Positions 1-11,235 are shown, counted from the stretch's first letter. The stretch: DNA of 64,000 nucleotides from Clostridia bacterium (GCA_045545475.1 JAZQAZ010000010.1:64001-128000), one strand, 5' to 3'. Made by a program: numbers and translations. The notes: a model not told the origin generated them from the letters alone.

Positions 1-1
1 T

Positions 2-688
2 CGGTGCATTCCTGCAACGGTTGTGACTTTGTTTGTAGTAAGCGTAATATGTATGAATCTTCTGGCGAATAAAACGCTTTTCCAAAATAATTGGCTTGCC
101 CTTGACGGAGGGATACTTATTTCCTGGCTGTCATTTATGTGTATGGATGTTGTGACAAAGCACTTCGGGCCTAAAGCATCCAACAAAATATCGGTTTTAG
201 CTGCGGGGATAAACCTACTTACATGTCTGATATTTTTCGTTGCAAGTATAATTCCTTCAAACGCCAATGATTACAGTGCTTTCAACGGGATTTTTGGCGG
301 AACCTGGTTTATACTTTTAGGAAGTACCGTGGCTTTTTTATCTTCTGCCTGCATCAATAATATGCTGAACTGGACAATCGGTAAGGCTTTCAAGAAAAAT
401 CCTGATGGGAAAATTGCCTTTGCAGTCCAAAGCTATATTTCTACATTTATCGGACAGTTTTGCGACAATTTTATATTTTCCGTTATAGTTTTCGTTTTCT
501 TTGCTCCGATTTTCTGGGACGGATTTTGCTGGACTTATCTTCAGTGTACAACCTGTGCACTGACAGGTGCAATTGCGGAGCTTATTATGGAAATTGCATT
601 TTCGCCCATCGGATATAAAATGGTTAGACGCTGGAAGGAAAATTCTGTAGGTAAAGAATATCTGGATTATATCACCGAAGGAAGGTAG
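2..688 (+). CDS. VUT/YhhQ-family queuosine precursor transporter (5' end outside the window)
   Basis: Polytopic membrane protein with NLLANK, DVVTKHFG and STFIGQFCDN motifs typical of Vut_1; frame is open from base 2. Confidence 0.75.
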   Translation, partial: RCIPATVVTLFVVSVICMNLLANKTLFQNNWLALDGGILISWLSFMCMDVVTKHFGPKASNKISVLAAGINLLTCLIFFVASIIPSNANDYSAFNGIFGGTWFILLGSTVAFLSSACINNMLNWTIGKAFKKNPDGKIAFAVQSYISTFIGQFCDNFIFSVIVFVFFAPIFWDGFCWTYLQCTTCALTGAIAELIMEIAFSPIGYKMVRRWKENSVGKEYLDYITEGR

Positions 689-692
689 AAAA

Positions 693-1346
693 ATGAGAGT
701 ACTTATAACAGGCACGAGTCAGGGTATAGGAAAGGCGATAGCTGAGCTTTTCTTAGAAAACGGACATGAGGTTTTCGGCTTTGACAGAAACGAAGGTACG
801 ATTTTTAGCGATAATTATATTCATTATAAAGTTGATGTCAGAGATTATGAAAATCTCCCTGAGATTTCAGGAGTAAATATCCTCATAAACAATGCGGGAA
901 CACAGAATGAAGAAGATATTGATATCAACTTAAAGGCACTTATTCATATAACTGAAAAATACGGCATACAGTGCAAAATAAAATCCGTTTTAAATATAGG
1001 TTCTGCCAGTGGACACACCGGAGCGGAATTTCCCGAATATTGTGCAAGCAAGGGGGGCGTTATGGCGTATACCAAAAATGTGGCAATGCGTATTGCTGCA
1101 TTTGGAGCAACCTGTAACAGCTTAGATCCCGGTGGAGTATTGACACCCCTTAATGCCTGCGTCATAGAGGATAAAGAACTCTGGGCAAAAATTATGGATG
1201 AAACGCCCCTTAAAAGATGGGCAACTTGCGAAGAAATAGCCCAGTGGGCATATTTTCTTACCGTAACAAACGGTTTTTGCACAGGACAGAACATTTTGGT
1301 GGACGGCGGAGAAGCCATAAACTATAACTTTATCTGGAAGGACTGA
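693..1346 (+). CDS. SDR family oxidoreductase
   Basis: TGxxxGIG, NNAG and YCASK catalytic motif. Confidence 0.9.
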   Translation: MRVLITGTSQGIGKAIAELFLENGHEVFGFDRNEGTIFSDNYIHYKVDVRDYENLPEISGVNILINNAGTQNEEDIDINLKALIHITEKYGIQCKIKSVLNIGSASGHTGAEFPEYCASKGGVMAYTKNVAMRIAAFGATCNSLDPGGVLTPLNACVIEDKELWAKIMDETPLKRWATCEEIAQWAYFLTVTNGFCTGQNILVDGGEAINYNFIWKD

Positions 1347-1351
1347 AGAAA

Positions 1352-2485
1352 ATGGAAGAGGCAATCAAAAGCTATATAGAAGATAATTATTCTGTTATGA
1401 TGGAGCTTTTGAAGGAACTTTGTCATATTCCCGCACCATCTCATCACGAAGAAAAGAGAGCGGAATACTTAAAGGCGTATTTTGAAAAAATGGGTGCAAA
1501 GGGAACGTATATTGACGAAGCACTTAACGTGATTTTTTCCATAAACTGCGAGGGAAGTAGCGAAATAACTGTTTTTGCGGCACATACTGATACGGTTTTT
1601 CCGGATACCACCCCAATGCCTTATACTGATGACGGTGAAAAAATTCACTGTCCCGGTTGTGCTGACGACACGGCAAGCGTCACAGTGCTTACCATGATGG
1701 CAAAGTTTTACATTGAAAATAACATAAAGCCTGAAAAAGGAATCATGTTCGTATGTAACTCCTGCGAAGAGGGGCTTGGAAATCTTAAGGGAACAAGACA
1801 GCTCTTTTCCGATTTTAACGGAAGAATAAAGAATTTTATCACCTTTGACAGTACTCCTGAAGTGGCATGTAATCTTTCAGTGGGGTCTCACCGCTATGAG
1901 GTTACGGTAAAAACAGACGGCGGTCATTCTTTCCAGGATTTCGGAAATGCGAATGCCATAAACGAACTTTCCGGAATTGTAAGAAAAATATACGAAATAA
2001 AAGTGCCTGAAAAAGAAGGTACGAAAACCACTTATAACGTGGGGGATATATTAGGCGGTACATCGGTTAATACCATAGCACAGAGTGCAAGAATGCTTTG
2101 CGAATATCGCTCTGACGACAAGGACGGCCTTGCTTTTATGGAAGAAAGCTTCAAAGCAATTTTTGAGGAAGCAAAAAGCGACAAAGTAGAAGTAATTGTA
2201 GAAAAAGTAGGAGACAGACCCTGCGGAAACGTGGACCGAAGTAAAATAGCATATCTTGAAGGAAAAATCATTCCTGTAATCGAAAAAATTATCGGAAAAG
2301 AAGTAAGGTTTGTAAGCGGCTCCACCGACTGTAACATTCCGCACTCACTTGGTGTAGGTGCACTTTGTATCGGAGTTGATAACCACAAAGGTATTCATAC
2401 AAGAGAAGAATGGGTGGAAAAAGCATCGCTTAAAACCGGACTTGAAATAGCCATAAGATCAGGTCTTACTTTAACGGAGGGATAA
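1352..2485 (+). CDS. M20/M25/M40 family metallopeptidase
   Basis: AHTDTV, GCADD, CEEG, GGHS and C-terminal HTREE metal-ligand motifs. Confidence 0.9.
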   Translation: MEEAIKSYIEDNYSVMMELLKELCHIPAPSHHEEKRAEYLKAYFEKMGAKGTYIDEALNVIFSINCEGSSEITVFAAHTDTVFPDTTPMPYTDDGEKIHCPGCADDTASVTVLTMMAKFYIENNIKPEKGIMFVCNSCEEGLGNLKGTRQLFSDFNGRIKNFITFDSTPEVACNLSVGSHRYEVTVKTDGGHSFQDFGNANAINELSGIVRKIYEIKVPEKEGTKTTYNVGDILGGTSVNTIAQSARMLCEYRSDDKDGLAFMEESFKAIFEEAKSDKVEVIVEKVGDRPCGNVDRSKIAYLEGKIIPVIEKIIGKEVRFVSGSTDCNIPHSLGVGALCIGVDNHKGIHTREEWVEKASLKTGLEIAIRSGLTLTEG

Positions 2486-2487
2486 AT

Positions 2488-3777
2488 ATGAAATTTACAG
2501 CTGCGGGAGATGCAATAATTCAGCAGAGAATATATGAAGATTTTCCGGGATTTTCAGAGCTGGCCTCATTTATTGAAAAAGGAGATGCGAGATTCTTCAA
2601 TCTTGAAACAACCTTAAATCACGAGGGAGAAGCCTGTGCTTCTGCCTTTTCGGGCGGAACATACCTTCGCACAAATCCCGAGGTTTTGGGTGACCTTAAA
2701 AAATTCGGCTTCAATATGACAAGCTTTAACAACAATCACGCCATGGACTTTGGCTATGACGGCTTCCGTTTAACATGGGAAGCGGTGGAAAAAAGCGGGC
2801 TTGTCCACAGCGGAGCAGGCAGAAATTTGGCAGAGGCTTCATCGCCCAAATATCTTGAAACTAAAAACGGAAGAGTTGCACTTATTTCGGTAAATGCAAA
2901 TTTTGACCCTTCTATGATAGCGGGAGAAGCATCACCGAGAGTTCAGGGAAGACCGGGCATAAACGCCTTAAGGCTTGATAAATATATTGAACTTCCCGAA
3001 AAAGAGCTTGCCGAAATTAAAAAAATCGCAAATGCAACAAAAATAAATGCGGAAATGGATATCGTGAGAAAGGAAGGCTATCTTCCTGAACTCAGTGATA
3101 AAGAAGCCGAGCTTGGCTCTCTTAGGTTCGTTCTCGGCGACGAAATGCGATATGTGATGAAGGCATGTGAAAAGGATATGGCACGCATAGAAAAGGCGAT
3201 TTATGAGGCTAAGCTTCAGGCAGATTACATAATGGTATCGGTTCATTCACATCATATAAGCGGAGACACAAAAGAAAATCCGGCAGAGTTTTTAAAAGAG
3301 TTTGCCCACAGATGTATTGATGTTGGGGCAAACGCCATCGTAGGTCACGGTCCTCATCTTTTAAGGCCAATAGAAATATACAAAAATTCTCCCATATTCT
3401 ATTCGCTGGGAGACTTTGTGCTTCAGCTATACAGCGTTGAATTTGCACCCGAGGACTTTTTTGATAAGCATGGGCTTACCTCATCTTCAACTGTTCACGA
3501 ATTATTAAAAAAGCGTTCAAAGGACTTTACGGTAGGCCTTATGACGGATACGAGAATGTTCCGTTCCGTAATTCCTTACTGGGAGACTGATGGAACACGC
3601 CTTACAAAAATAATCCTTATGCCGATAGAAATGAAAATGGACGGTCATAAGTCGGAAATCGGGCTTCCCAGAAGAAGTGAAAATATGGAAATTTTCGAAT
3701 ACCTAAAAGAAATGTCAGAGCCTTACGGAACTAAAATAAAAGTTAACGAAGACGGACTTTACGAGTGTGAGTGGTAA
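2488..3777 (+). CDS. CapA/PGA_cap family metallophosphoesterase
   Basis: GD, NLE, NNH.MDFG, GHGPH and YSLGDF motifs. Confidence 0.88.
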   Translation: MKFTAAGDAIIQQRIYEDFPGFSELASFIEKGDARFFNLETTLNHEGEACASAFSGGTYLRTNPEVLGDLKKFGFNMTSFNNNHAMDFGYDGFRLTWEAVEKSGLVHSGAGRNLAEASSPKYLETKNGRVALISVNANFDPSMIAGEASPRVQGRPGINALRLDKYIELPEKELAEIKKIANATKINAEMDIVRKEGYLPELSDKEAELGSLRFVLGDEMRYVMKACEKDMARIEKAIYEAKLQADYIMVSVHSHHISGDTKENPAEFLKEFAHRCIDVGANAIVGHGPHLLRPIEIYKNSPIFYSLGDFVLQLYSVEFAPEDFFDKHGLTSSSTVHELLKKRSKDFTVGLMTDTRMFRSVIPYWETDGTRLTKIILMPIEMKMDGHKSEIGLPRRSENMEIFEYLKEMSEPYGTKIKVNEDGLYECEW

Positions 3778-4048
3778 AATAGTCGGTAGGTGAGGAAATA
3801 TTTTCTGTATCCTTAAAGATGAAAAAATATTTTGAAGAGCTTAAGCCTATGCTTTATATAGGAATACAAATGAGAATGCAGAGTGCAATGTATCAGATTA
3901 TAATTCTATCCTTTGCTCTTATATTCCATATATGGCACAGAATATCGGAGTAGGGAATATTGAAAGAGCGAGAAAAGCAATGCTTTCGGTAACGATGATA
4001 ACAAAGAACTTCAAGAGAAAAGACTTTATTAAATTAAGGGGTTTTATC

Positions 4049-6745
4049 ATGAAAAAAGGTTCTGTTAATAAAAATAAAAAGGCAAGTGTAGCGGAGTTTT
4101 CCGGCTTAAGTTATAAAACCAGGGGAAATTCCGATCCTTTTAATAAGGCCAGAGTATATTTTGCTTGCCACCACAAGGACTTTAAAAAATATTTTAATAT
4201 TATATCCGATGAAATTCTGGAAAAGGAAAACTGTTGTATATGGTACAGAGAAGACAGAGGAGTTTCAGGAAAAGAAGAATTTCTTGAGGAACTGAAACAA
4301 ATGGATTTAATTGTTATACCGGTCACTAAAAATCTTCTCACAACAGAAAATGAAGTGCTTTCTTCGGAATTAAAGTTTGCAACGGAACAGAAAATCCCGG
4401 TATTACCGATTTTAGTTGAAGCAGTATCTGAAAAGGTTTTTAACGAAAAATTCGGAGATATACAGTATCTTGACAGAAAACATGTTGATGAATCAGCTTT
4501 AACATATTCAAAGAAACTCGGGGATTTTCTGGAAAAGATTATTGTTACGGATGATTTGAGAAAAGAAATCTGTGACAATTTTGAAGGCCGTATATTTTTA
4601 AGCTACAGAAAATGCGACAGAGCGCAGGCTACAAAGCTTATGCATATAATACACAAGGAAGAAGGCCTTAAATATGTTGCTGTATGGTATGACGAATTTT
4701 TAAATCTGGGAGAAAATTTTAATGAAAATATAGAAAAAGCTCTGCGTGAAGGGAAACTGTTTGTTATGGCGGTTACGCCCAACACAGTGGAAGGCGGAAA
4801 CTATATTATTACAACAGAATATCCTATGGCGAAAAAGGAAAATAAAATAATAGTGCCCTTTGAAATGGTAGCAACGGACAGAAAAACTCTGGAAAAATGG
4901 TACGAGGGAATACCTTCATGCATAAACGGAAATGATGAGAAGGCCGTTGCAAAAGCTATATTGGAAGAAATGGGAGAGTTTGTCCGAAAGGAAAAAACTG
5001 CAGAGCAGGAATATCTCATGGGAAGTGCATACCTGAGCGGAATAGACGTGGAGGTTGATGCTGAACTTGGATTGAAGCTGATTGAAAACGCCGCAAAAAG
5101 AGGAAGCATAAGAGCAACATGTAAGCTTTCTGACATGTATAGTACCGGAAACGGTGTGGAATATTCACTCAAAAAATCAGCGGAGTGGAGCGAGTGGGAA
5201 ATTAAGCTTCTCAAACAACAGTATTATGACACACGGATTTTTGAAAAATATGCGTTTTTCGTTGATGCATATGTATCTTGTGCAAGGCTTTTAGTATATA
5301 ATGTTAATGATTATAAAAAAGCGAGAAATATGCTTCTTGATGCAATAAAATTTATAGAAGGCTATAAGTCAAGATGCACGGAAAATGAAGATTCGTGTTT
5401 AAAAGACATTGCCGTGTGTAAGCAGGAAATAGGAAGGACCTATTTGTTTGAAGGTAACATGAAGGCTGCCGTAGAATATATTAATTTGGTTGGAGAATAT
5501 TTTTGCAGTAAGTTTAAAGAAAACTTGACGGAAGAAAATTATATCAATCTGGTGGAAAATATCCTGCTTAAAATGGATTGCTTTGACGTCAAAGAAGACA
5601 AAAGCATCATAGATGAGTGCGAAATCCTTTTGGGTTCTGTAGAAGCAGCAGTGAAATTGTTTTCATCAGAAGTGAGTAAGAATCTTTACGAAAAGGCATG
5701 CTTTAAGATGGTAAAGCTTCTGGATGAGGCAGGAGAAAATGAAAGGTGTATTGAGTTTTGTGAAAAATGGGTTGATTTTTCACGCAGCTTAATGGAAGAA
5801 TTTGGAGACATAACATATAAGACTAATTTTATAAAAGCATTGTGTTCCTTGGGAGAAAGCTATTATTGCAGCGAAAAATGTGAAAAAGCCATAGAATGTT
5901 TCAATGAAGTTATGAGACTTTCTTACGAAATAGGAAAAAAGAATATAATAGATAGTGTGCTAAGAGAACAGATAAAAGCTTGTGCTTTTATTGTAGACTA
6001 TAGCCATGAAAAGAAGGAAAATGAAAAGAAAGCTCTTGAGTATTCCTTGAAAGGAATGGAGTATTCCAATAAGATAAAAGACGTTTCGGTAGAAGATTAT
6101 AAATACAGACTGGCCTTTTTGGATATCATTAAGCGGGTTTACAGGGAAATGAGAAAATTCAGGGATGCACAGAAGTATTATGAACAATTTATTGAAGTCT
6201 ATGAAATGCTTTTAATCTTTGATAATGATTTTTCCAAAAAAGTCGAAAAAATAAATGATTTAGGTGTGGCTTATGATGAATTGGGAGAATTGTATGAGGA
6301 GCATGGAGATTATAAAAAAGCATTAAATTGTTACAAAAAAGCTCTTAAAAAATTTAATGAAGCTGAAAAAAAGGATGATGCTGTCAAGATACTTAAGGAT
6401 ACGGCAATATGCGGGATGAAACTTTACGAAATCTATATAAAGCTTAATGATCTTTCAAATGCATATGAAAGCATTCTTATTACGGAGAAATATTGTGAAA
6501 GAGTAAATAAGGTTGAAAAAAGTGTGCAAAGCCTGACTTCACTTTCTTTCTGCTATGCGGCACTTGCTACTTTTTATTCAGGCAGTATAAAGAAAATTGA
6601 AGATCCCGTGCGTTCCGAAGAATATGGAAAAAAACTCAAGAAAATTGCAGAGGAACTTAAGGGATGCGACCTTAAAGGATATATAGAAACTCAAAAAAAT
6701 AAAATGAAGAAAAGGGGATATTTAGGGTGGACGAAAAAAGAGTAA
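4049..6745 (+). CDS. Tandem TIR-domain protein with Sel1/TPR repeats
   Basis: Two TIR-like units (RVYFACH...ELKFA..KIPVLPI; IFLSYR...WYD...TEYPMA..IIVP) followed by Sel1/TPR-like helices; ATG at 4049 preferred (AAGGGG upstream). Confidence 0.75.
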   Translation: MKKGSVNKNKKASVAEFSGLSYKTRGNSDPFNKARVYFACHHKDFKKYFNIISDEILEKENCCIWYREDRGVSGKEEFLEELKQMDLIVIPVTKNLLTTENEVLSSELKFATEQKIPVLPILVEAVSEKVFNEKFGDIQYLDRKHVDESALTYSKKLGDFLEKIIVTDDLRKEICDNFEGRIFLSYRKCDRAQATKLMHIIHKEEGLKYVAVWYDEFLNLGENFNENIEKALREGKLFVMAVTPNTVEGGNYIITTEYPMAKKENKIIVPFEMVATDRKTLEKWYEGIPSCINGNDEKAVAKAILEEMGEFVRKEKTAEQEYLMGSAYLSGIDVEVDAELGLKLIENAAKRGSIRATCKLSDMYSTGNGVEYSLKKSAEWSEWEIKLLKQQYYDTRIFEKYAFFVDAYVSCARLLVYNVNDYKKARNMLLDAIKFIEGYKSRCTENEDSCLKDIAVCKQEIGRTYLFEGNMKAAVEYINLVGEYFCSKFKENLTEENYINLVENILLKMDCFDVKEDKSIIDECEILLGSVEAAVKLFSSEVSKNLYEKACFKMVKLLDEAGENERCIEFCEKWVDFSRSLMEEFGDITYKTNFIKALCSLGESYYCSEKCEKAIECFNEVMRLSYEIGKKNIIDSVLREQIKACAFIVDYSHEKKENEKKALEYSLKGMEYSNKIKDVSVEDYKYRLAFLDIIKRVYREMRKFRDAQKYYEQFIEVYEMLLIFDNDFSKKVEKINDLGVAYDELGELYEEHGDYKKALNCYKKALKKFNEAEKKDDAVKILKDTAICGMKLYEIYIKLNDLSNAYESILITEKYCERVNKVEKSVQSLTSLSFCYAALATFYSGSIKKIEDPVRSEEYGKKLKKIAEELKGCDLKGYIETQKNKMKKRGYLGWTKKE

Positions 6746-7956
6746 AAGTAATTTACGACGAGGTAATGGACAAAATCAAAAATGTGCATATTGCTTGCTT
6801 TAAGGACATGGAAAAGCCGCTGTTCTTGATTTCCGAGCAATATCCCGGCCTTTGGATGGAGCATACATATGATTCCGTTTTCTTTGCGAAAATGGAGCCT
6901 TCTTATATTGAAACGGCGGAAAGCGCGATAAATCTTTTTATCGACAGACAAAAAGAAAACGGACAACTTCCGTTTACCGTTATGGACGGAAACAAGCGTC
7001 CCGGACTTCCGCCTGAAAAAATGGTAGGCTTCGGCCAGATTCAGGAATGTGTATCATTCTTAACTCTTGCTCTTGAAGTTTATGAGATGAACAAAAACAT
7101 TGCTTTTCTCCAAAAGGTTTATGATGCGGGAGTAAAGTGGAATAAGTGGTTCAGAACTTACAGAATGACCACCGGCCGTGGGCTTATTGAAATGTTTGTG
7201 GGTTTTGATACGGGACATGATAACAGCGGAAGACTCACCGGCATGGCATGTAAGGGGAACAACTCCGTAAACGGTGTTACGCAGACAGCGGATGTGCTTC
7301 CTCCTGATGACGGAATTACACCGATTCTTGCGGTTGATATGAACTGTAACTTCTATGCAGATGAAGTAGCACTTTCCAAAATGGCGGAAATTTTGGGAAA
7401 AACGAAAGAAGCCGATGCTTGGGCAAAATCTGCTGCAGAAGTAAAGAAAAAGCTTTTTGAGCATTGCTACGACGAAAAAGATGCTTTCTTCTATGACGTT
7501 GACAGAAACGGCAATAAACGTAAGTTTAAGTCAAGTACAATCTTCCATCTGTTCCTTGAAAAGGTTTTGGATAAGGATGAAGACAAGGAAATAATTGAAA
7601 GAATTTATAAAGAGCACATTAAAAATCCCGAAGAATTCTGGACGAATTATCCTTTCCCGTCAATGGCTATAAACGATCCTTCTGTTGAAGGCCACAAGGA
7701 CTTTAACTGCTGGGGCTATTACACTCAAGGGTTGATTGTCCTTCGTTGCTCACGCTGGATGGACTATTACGGATGGAGCGAGGACTATGAATATATTTTA
7801 AGTAAGTGGCTTGAAACGTGGACCAAGCATTATGATGAAATAAAAATGGCACAGGAAATAGACCCAATAACAGGAGTTCCTACAAAATCATCCGAATGGT
7901 ATTCAAGCTGTATGCTAAACTATGTATATGCAGCAAGAAGACTGGGTTTGGTGTGA
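6727..7956 (+). CDS. GH63/MGH1-like (alpha/alpha)6 glycoside hydrolase
   Basis: DTGHDNSGR, AVDMNC and YPFPS motifs resembling the GH63/trehalase-like fold. Confidence 0.65.
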   Translation: MDEKRVKVIYDEVMDKIKNVHIACFKDMEKPLFLISEQYPGLWMEHTYDSVFFAKMEPSYIETAESAINLFIDRQKENGQLPFTVMDGNKRPGLPPEKMVGFGQIQECVSFLTLALEVYEMNKNIAFLQKVYDAGVKWNKWFRTYRMTTGRGLIEMFVGFDTGHDNSGRLTGMACKGNNSVNGVTQTADVLPPDDGITPILAVDMNCNFYADEVALSKMAEILGKTKEADAWAKSAAEVKKKLFEHCYDEKDAFFYDVDRNGNKRKFKSSTIFHLFLEKVLDKDEDKEIIERIYKEHIKNPEEFWTNYPFPSMAINDPSVEGHKDFNCWGYYTQGLIVLRCSRWMDYYGWSEDYEYILSKWLETWTKHYDEIKMAQEIDPITGVPTKSSEWYSSCMLNYVYAARRLGLV

Positions 7957-7957
7957 G

Positions 7958-8006
7958 AAAATAAAAAAACATTCGGTCGCCACCGGCGACCGAATGTTTT
8001 TTATTT
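7958..8006. terminator. Bidirectional intrinsic terminator
   Basis: AAAAAACATTCGGTCGC-CACCG-GCGACCGAATGTTTTTT hairpin between convergent genes. Confidence 0.9.
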
Positions 8007-10233
8007 ATACTTCATCGTGGAATGTTCTGCTTATTACTTCAAGCTGTTGTTCCTTTGAAAGTCTGTGGAAGTTTACGGCGTATCCTGAAACTCTTATGGT
8101 GAGCATGGGATACTTTTCGGGATGTTCATAGGCTTCCATCAGTGTTTCTCTGCTTAATACGTTTACGTTAAGATGCTGTGCACTCTGACAGAAATATCCG
8201 TCAAGGATGTTTACAAGATTTGTTATTCTGGAATTCATGTCCTTGCCGAGAGCTTCTGGCACGATGGAGAAAGTATTTGAAACACCGTCCTGGCAAACAT
8301 CTCTGTAGGGAATTTTAGCAACGGAGGAAAGGGAGGCCAGAGCTCCTGAAATATCTCTTCCGTGCATGGGATTGGCACCGGGAGCCAAAGGCTCTCCTGC
8401 CTTACGTCCGTCAGGTGTGCTGCCTGTTTTCTTTCCGTACATAACATTGCTTGTGATGGTAAGAACCGAGAGAGTATGCTTTGCATCTCTGTAAAGCTTA
8501 TGCTTTTTAAGCTCGTGAATAAATCGGGTTACAATATGAACGCCGATGGAGTCGACATCGTCATCGTTATTTCCGTATTTTGGGAAATCTCCCGTAATTT
8601 CAAAATCAACAGCAACGCCCTGTTCATTTCTTATAGGACGAACCTTTGCAAACTTTATTGCAGACAAGCTGTCTGTTGCAACAGATAAACCTGCAACTCC
8701 GAAGGCCATAAGTCTTTCCGGATCGGTATCGTGAAGAGCGAGCTGGCTTGCCTCATAAGCGTATTTATCGTGCATATAGTGAATGATGTTATTGGCATTC
8801 ACATAAAGCTTTGCTACTTCCTTAAGCACCTTTTTGTAGTTTGCCCATACGGACTCAAAGGATAAATATTCATCGGTTATGGGTTCTATGCCGGGAACAA
8901 CCAAAGCTCCGGTCTTTTCGTCAACACCGCCGTTTATTGCATATAAAAGGCTCTTCGCAAGGTTACATCTTGCACCGAAGAACTGCATCTGCTTGCCCAT
9001 ACGCATAGCAGATACACAGCATGCAATGGCGTAGTCGTCGCCGTATATGGGACGCATAACATCGTCATTTTCATACTGAATGGAGTCTGTTTTTATGGAA
9101 ATTTCCGCACAGTATTTTTTGAAGTTTTCGGGAAGGTGCTCATCCCACAAAACTGTGAGGTTAGGCTCGGGAGAAGACCCTAAGTTTATGAGAGTATGAA
9201 GATAACGGAAAGAGTTTTTGGTAACAAGGCTCTGACCGTTAATTCCAAGACCTCCGACAGATTCTGTTACCCAGGTGGGATCTCCGCCGAACAGCTCATT
9301 GTAATCGGGAGTACGAAGATGTCTTACCAAACGAAGCTTTATAATAAGCTGATCAATTAATTCCTGTGCTTCTTCCTCTGTAATTATTCCTGCCTCAAGG
9401 TCTCTTTCGATGTATATATCAAGGAATGTGGAGGTTCTGCCGAGGGAAGTTGCGGCACCGTTGTTTTCCTTTATGCCGGCAAGATATGCCATATAAAGGG
9501 ACTGGACAGCGTCCTTTGCAGATACTGCAGCATTTTTTATATCAACGCCATAGCTTGCAGCCATTTTTTCCATATCGGAAAGAGCTTTTATCTGCATTGC
9601 AATTTCTTCACGGAGTCTTATGGTGTAATCGTTCATTTCTCCGTCAAGTTCCATAAGCTCTTTTTTCTTTTCTTCGATAAGTCTTGCTGTGCCGTAAAGA
9701 GCAACACGGCGATAGTCGCCGATGATTCTGCCTCTGCCGTATGCATCGGGAAGACCTGTGATGAGGCCTGCATGACGCGCAACTCTTACGGATTCGGGAT
9801 AAGCATCAAAAACGCCCTGGTTGTGAGTTTTTCTGTATTCTGAAAAATGCTCATGGATTTTTTCGTCCATCTCATAGCCATAGGCAGCCAGGCTTTTTTC
9901 CACCATACGCATGCCGCCATAGGGGTTAATCATACGCTTTAAGGGAGCGTCTGTCTGAAGACCTACAATAACTTCGTTTTCTTTGTCGATATATCCGGGT
10001 TCAAAGTTACATATACCTGAAATTCTCTCGGTATCAACGTCCAAAACCCCTCCGTTCTCCAGCTCCTTAGCCAAAAGCTTAACACATTTTGACCACACCT
10101 TTTTGGTTTTTTCGGTGGGGGGAGAAAGAAATGAGGAGTCGCCCACATATTCGGTATAATTTCTCTGTATGAAATCGCGTACATCAATTTCACGTTCCCA
10201 TTTTCCGCCTTTAAATAATTTTCTTTCTGACAT
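8005..10233 (-). CDS. pflB: Pyruvate formate-lyase (formate C-acetyltransferase)
   Basis: IACCVS active-site pair and RVSGY glycyl-radical motif; ATG 10233 with AGGAGG RBS. Confidence 0.97.
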   Translation of the reverse strand: MSERKLFKGGKWEREIDVRDFIQRNYTEYVGDSSFLSPPTEKTKKVWSKCVKLLAKELENGGVLDVDTERISGICNFEPGYIDKENEVIVGLQTDAPLKRMINPYGGMRMVEKSLAAYGYEMDEKIHEHFSEYRKTHNQGVFDAYPESVRVARHAGLITGLPDAYGRGRIIGDYRRVALYGTARLIEEKKKELMELDGEMNDYTIRLREEIAMQIKALSDMEKMAASYGVDIKNAAVSAKDAVQSLYMAYLAGIKENNGAATSLGRTSTFLDIYIERDLEAGIITEEEAQELIDQLIIKLRLVRHLRTPDYNELFGGDPTWVTESVGGLGINGQSLVTKNSFRYLHTLINLGSSPEPNLTVLWDEHLPENFKKYCAEISIKTDSIQYENDDVMRPIYGDDYAIACCVSAMRMGKQMQFFGARCNLAKSLLYAINGGVDEKTGALVVPGIEPITDEYLSFESVWANYKKVLKEVAKLYVNANNIIHYMHDKYAYEASQLALHDTDPERLMAFGVAGLSVATDSLSAIKFAKVRPIRNEQGVAVDFEITGDFPKYGNNDDDVDSIGVHIVTRFIHELKKHKLYRDAKHTLSVLTITSNVMYGKKTGSTPDGRKAGEPLAPGANPMHGRDISGALASLSSVAKIPYRDVCQDGVSNTFSIVPEALGKDMNSRITNLVNILDGYFCQSAQHLNVNVLSRETLMEAYEHPEKYPMLTIRVSGYAVNFHRLSKEQQLEVISRTFHDEV

Positions 10234-10246
10234 GGCAACTACCTCC

Positions 10247-10963
10247 TTATAAGGTTTTAAAATGTTTTTCATAAAGCATTTTGCATTTTTCTTTATCCAT
10301 TGCAGGAATGTTTTCCATGGGAATTTTAAGTCCCATGGTTTTATATTTGTGCTGACCTAAAAGATGATAAGGTAAAAGCTCAACGCTTTTCGCTGAAGGA
10401 ATGTTCTCCTTTATGTACTCTTTCAGGGAATGCATATATTCGTCTGTATCGTTATAGACCGGGATTACAACCTGACGTACTATGGTTTTGGTCATGGTCT
10501 TTTTAAGAGCCTTTTGAAACTCTTCGGTTTTCTGTATTTCCTGTCCGCAAAGCTTTTTGTACTTATCAGGCTCTATAGCTTTTACATCATATAAAACAAG
10601 ATCGGTGAGGGAGAGGATTTTGTCATAATCGCCCGTTCCGACTCCTGCTGTGTCCAGACACGTATGAATGTCTTCGGCTTTTAATCTTTTGAATAAGTCA
10701 ATTAAAAAATCTTTCTGTAAAAGCGGTTCTCCGCCCGATGCGGTTACTCCGCCACCACTTTTGTCAAAATACGGCTTTAGCTTAATGAGCTTTTTTGAAA
10801 GTGATTCAGAATCAATTTCACTGCCTTTGTTACAATCCCAGCTTTCAGGATTGTGACAAAACCGACAACGAAGATTGCATCCCTGGAAAAACACCACGGC
10901 ACGGATTCCCGGGCCGTCAACAAGTCCCATTGACTCCAGAGAATGAATTTTCCCCTTTACCAT
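10247..10963 (-). CDS. pflA: Pyruvate formate-lyase activating enzyme (radical SAM)
   Basis: [24 protein letters not shown]; adjacent to pflB. Confidence 0.96.
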   Translation of the reverse strand: MVKGKIHSLESMGLVDGPGIRAVVFFQGCNLRCRFCHNPESWDCNKGSEIDSESLSKKLIKLKPYFDKSGGGVTASGGEPLLQKDFLIDLFKRLKAEDIHTCLDTAGVGTGDYDKILSLTDLVLYDVKAIEPDKYKKLCGQEIQKTEEFQKALKKTMTKTIVRQVVIPVYNDTDEYMHSLKEYIKENIPSAKSVELLPYHLLGQHKYKTMGLKIPMENIPAMDKEKCKMLYEKHFKTL

Positions 10964-11033
10964 TACGACCGTCCTTTCTTTGATATTTTCCGGATTTCTG
11001 CATAAAAAATGCAGGCCGGAGGACATTGAAGTG

Positions 11034-11100
11034 TGCCCAGACGGTCGGCAAATAAAGTCATACTCCCCGTGGTTATTCCACTTCCGTCAGTCATATGACA
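11034..11100 (-). ncRNA. ZMP/ZTP (pfl) riboswitch
   Basis: Minus strand GTCATATGACTGACGGAAGTGGAATAACCACGGGGAGTATGAC...GCCGACCGTCTGGGCA fits the pfl consensus; upstream of pflA, after TTGACA-17-TATAAT. Confidence 0.92.
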
Positions 11101-11187
11101 GTTACTATTATATATGACAAAAATCGATTTGTCAATACATATTGTATGTTTTTTAAAAAATAAATACTATATATAGTGTTTTTACAT

Positions 11188-11222
11188 AAAAATAAGGCAC
11201 TTTAAACAAAGCACCTTATTTT
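11188..11222 (-). terminator. Probable terminator after the methyltransferase gene
   Basis: AAAATAAGG...CCTTATTTT inverted repeat. Confidence 0.55.
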
Positions 11223-11235
11223 GAGCTGTTTAATT

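Noticed and set aside
3932-4048. N-terminal extension of the TIR protein from the ORF track
   Set aside because: No RBS at 3932; a better RBS precedes ATG 4049
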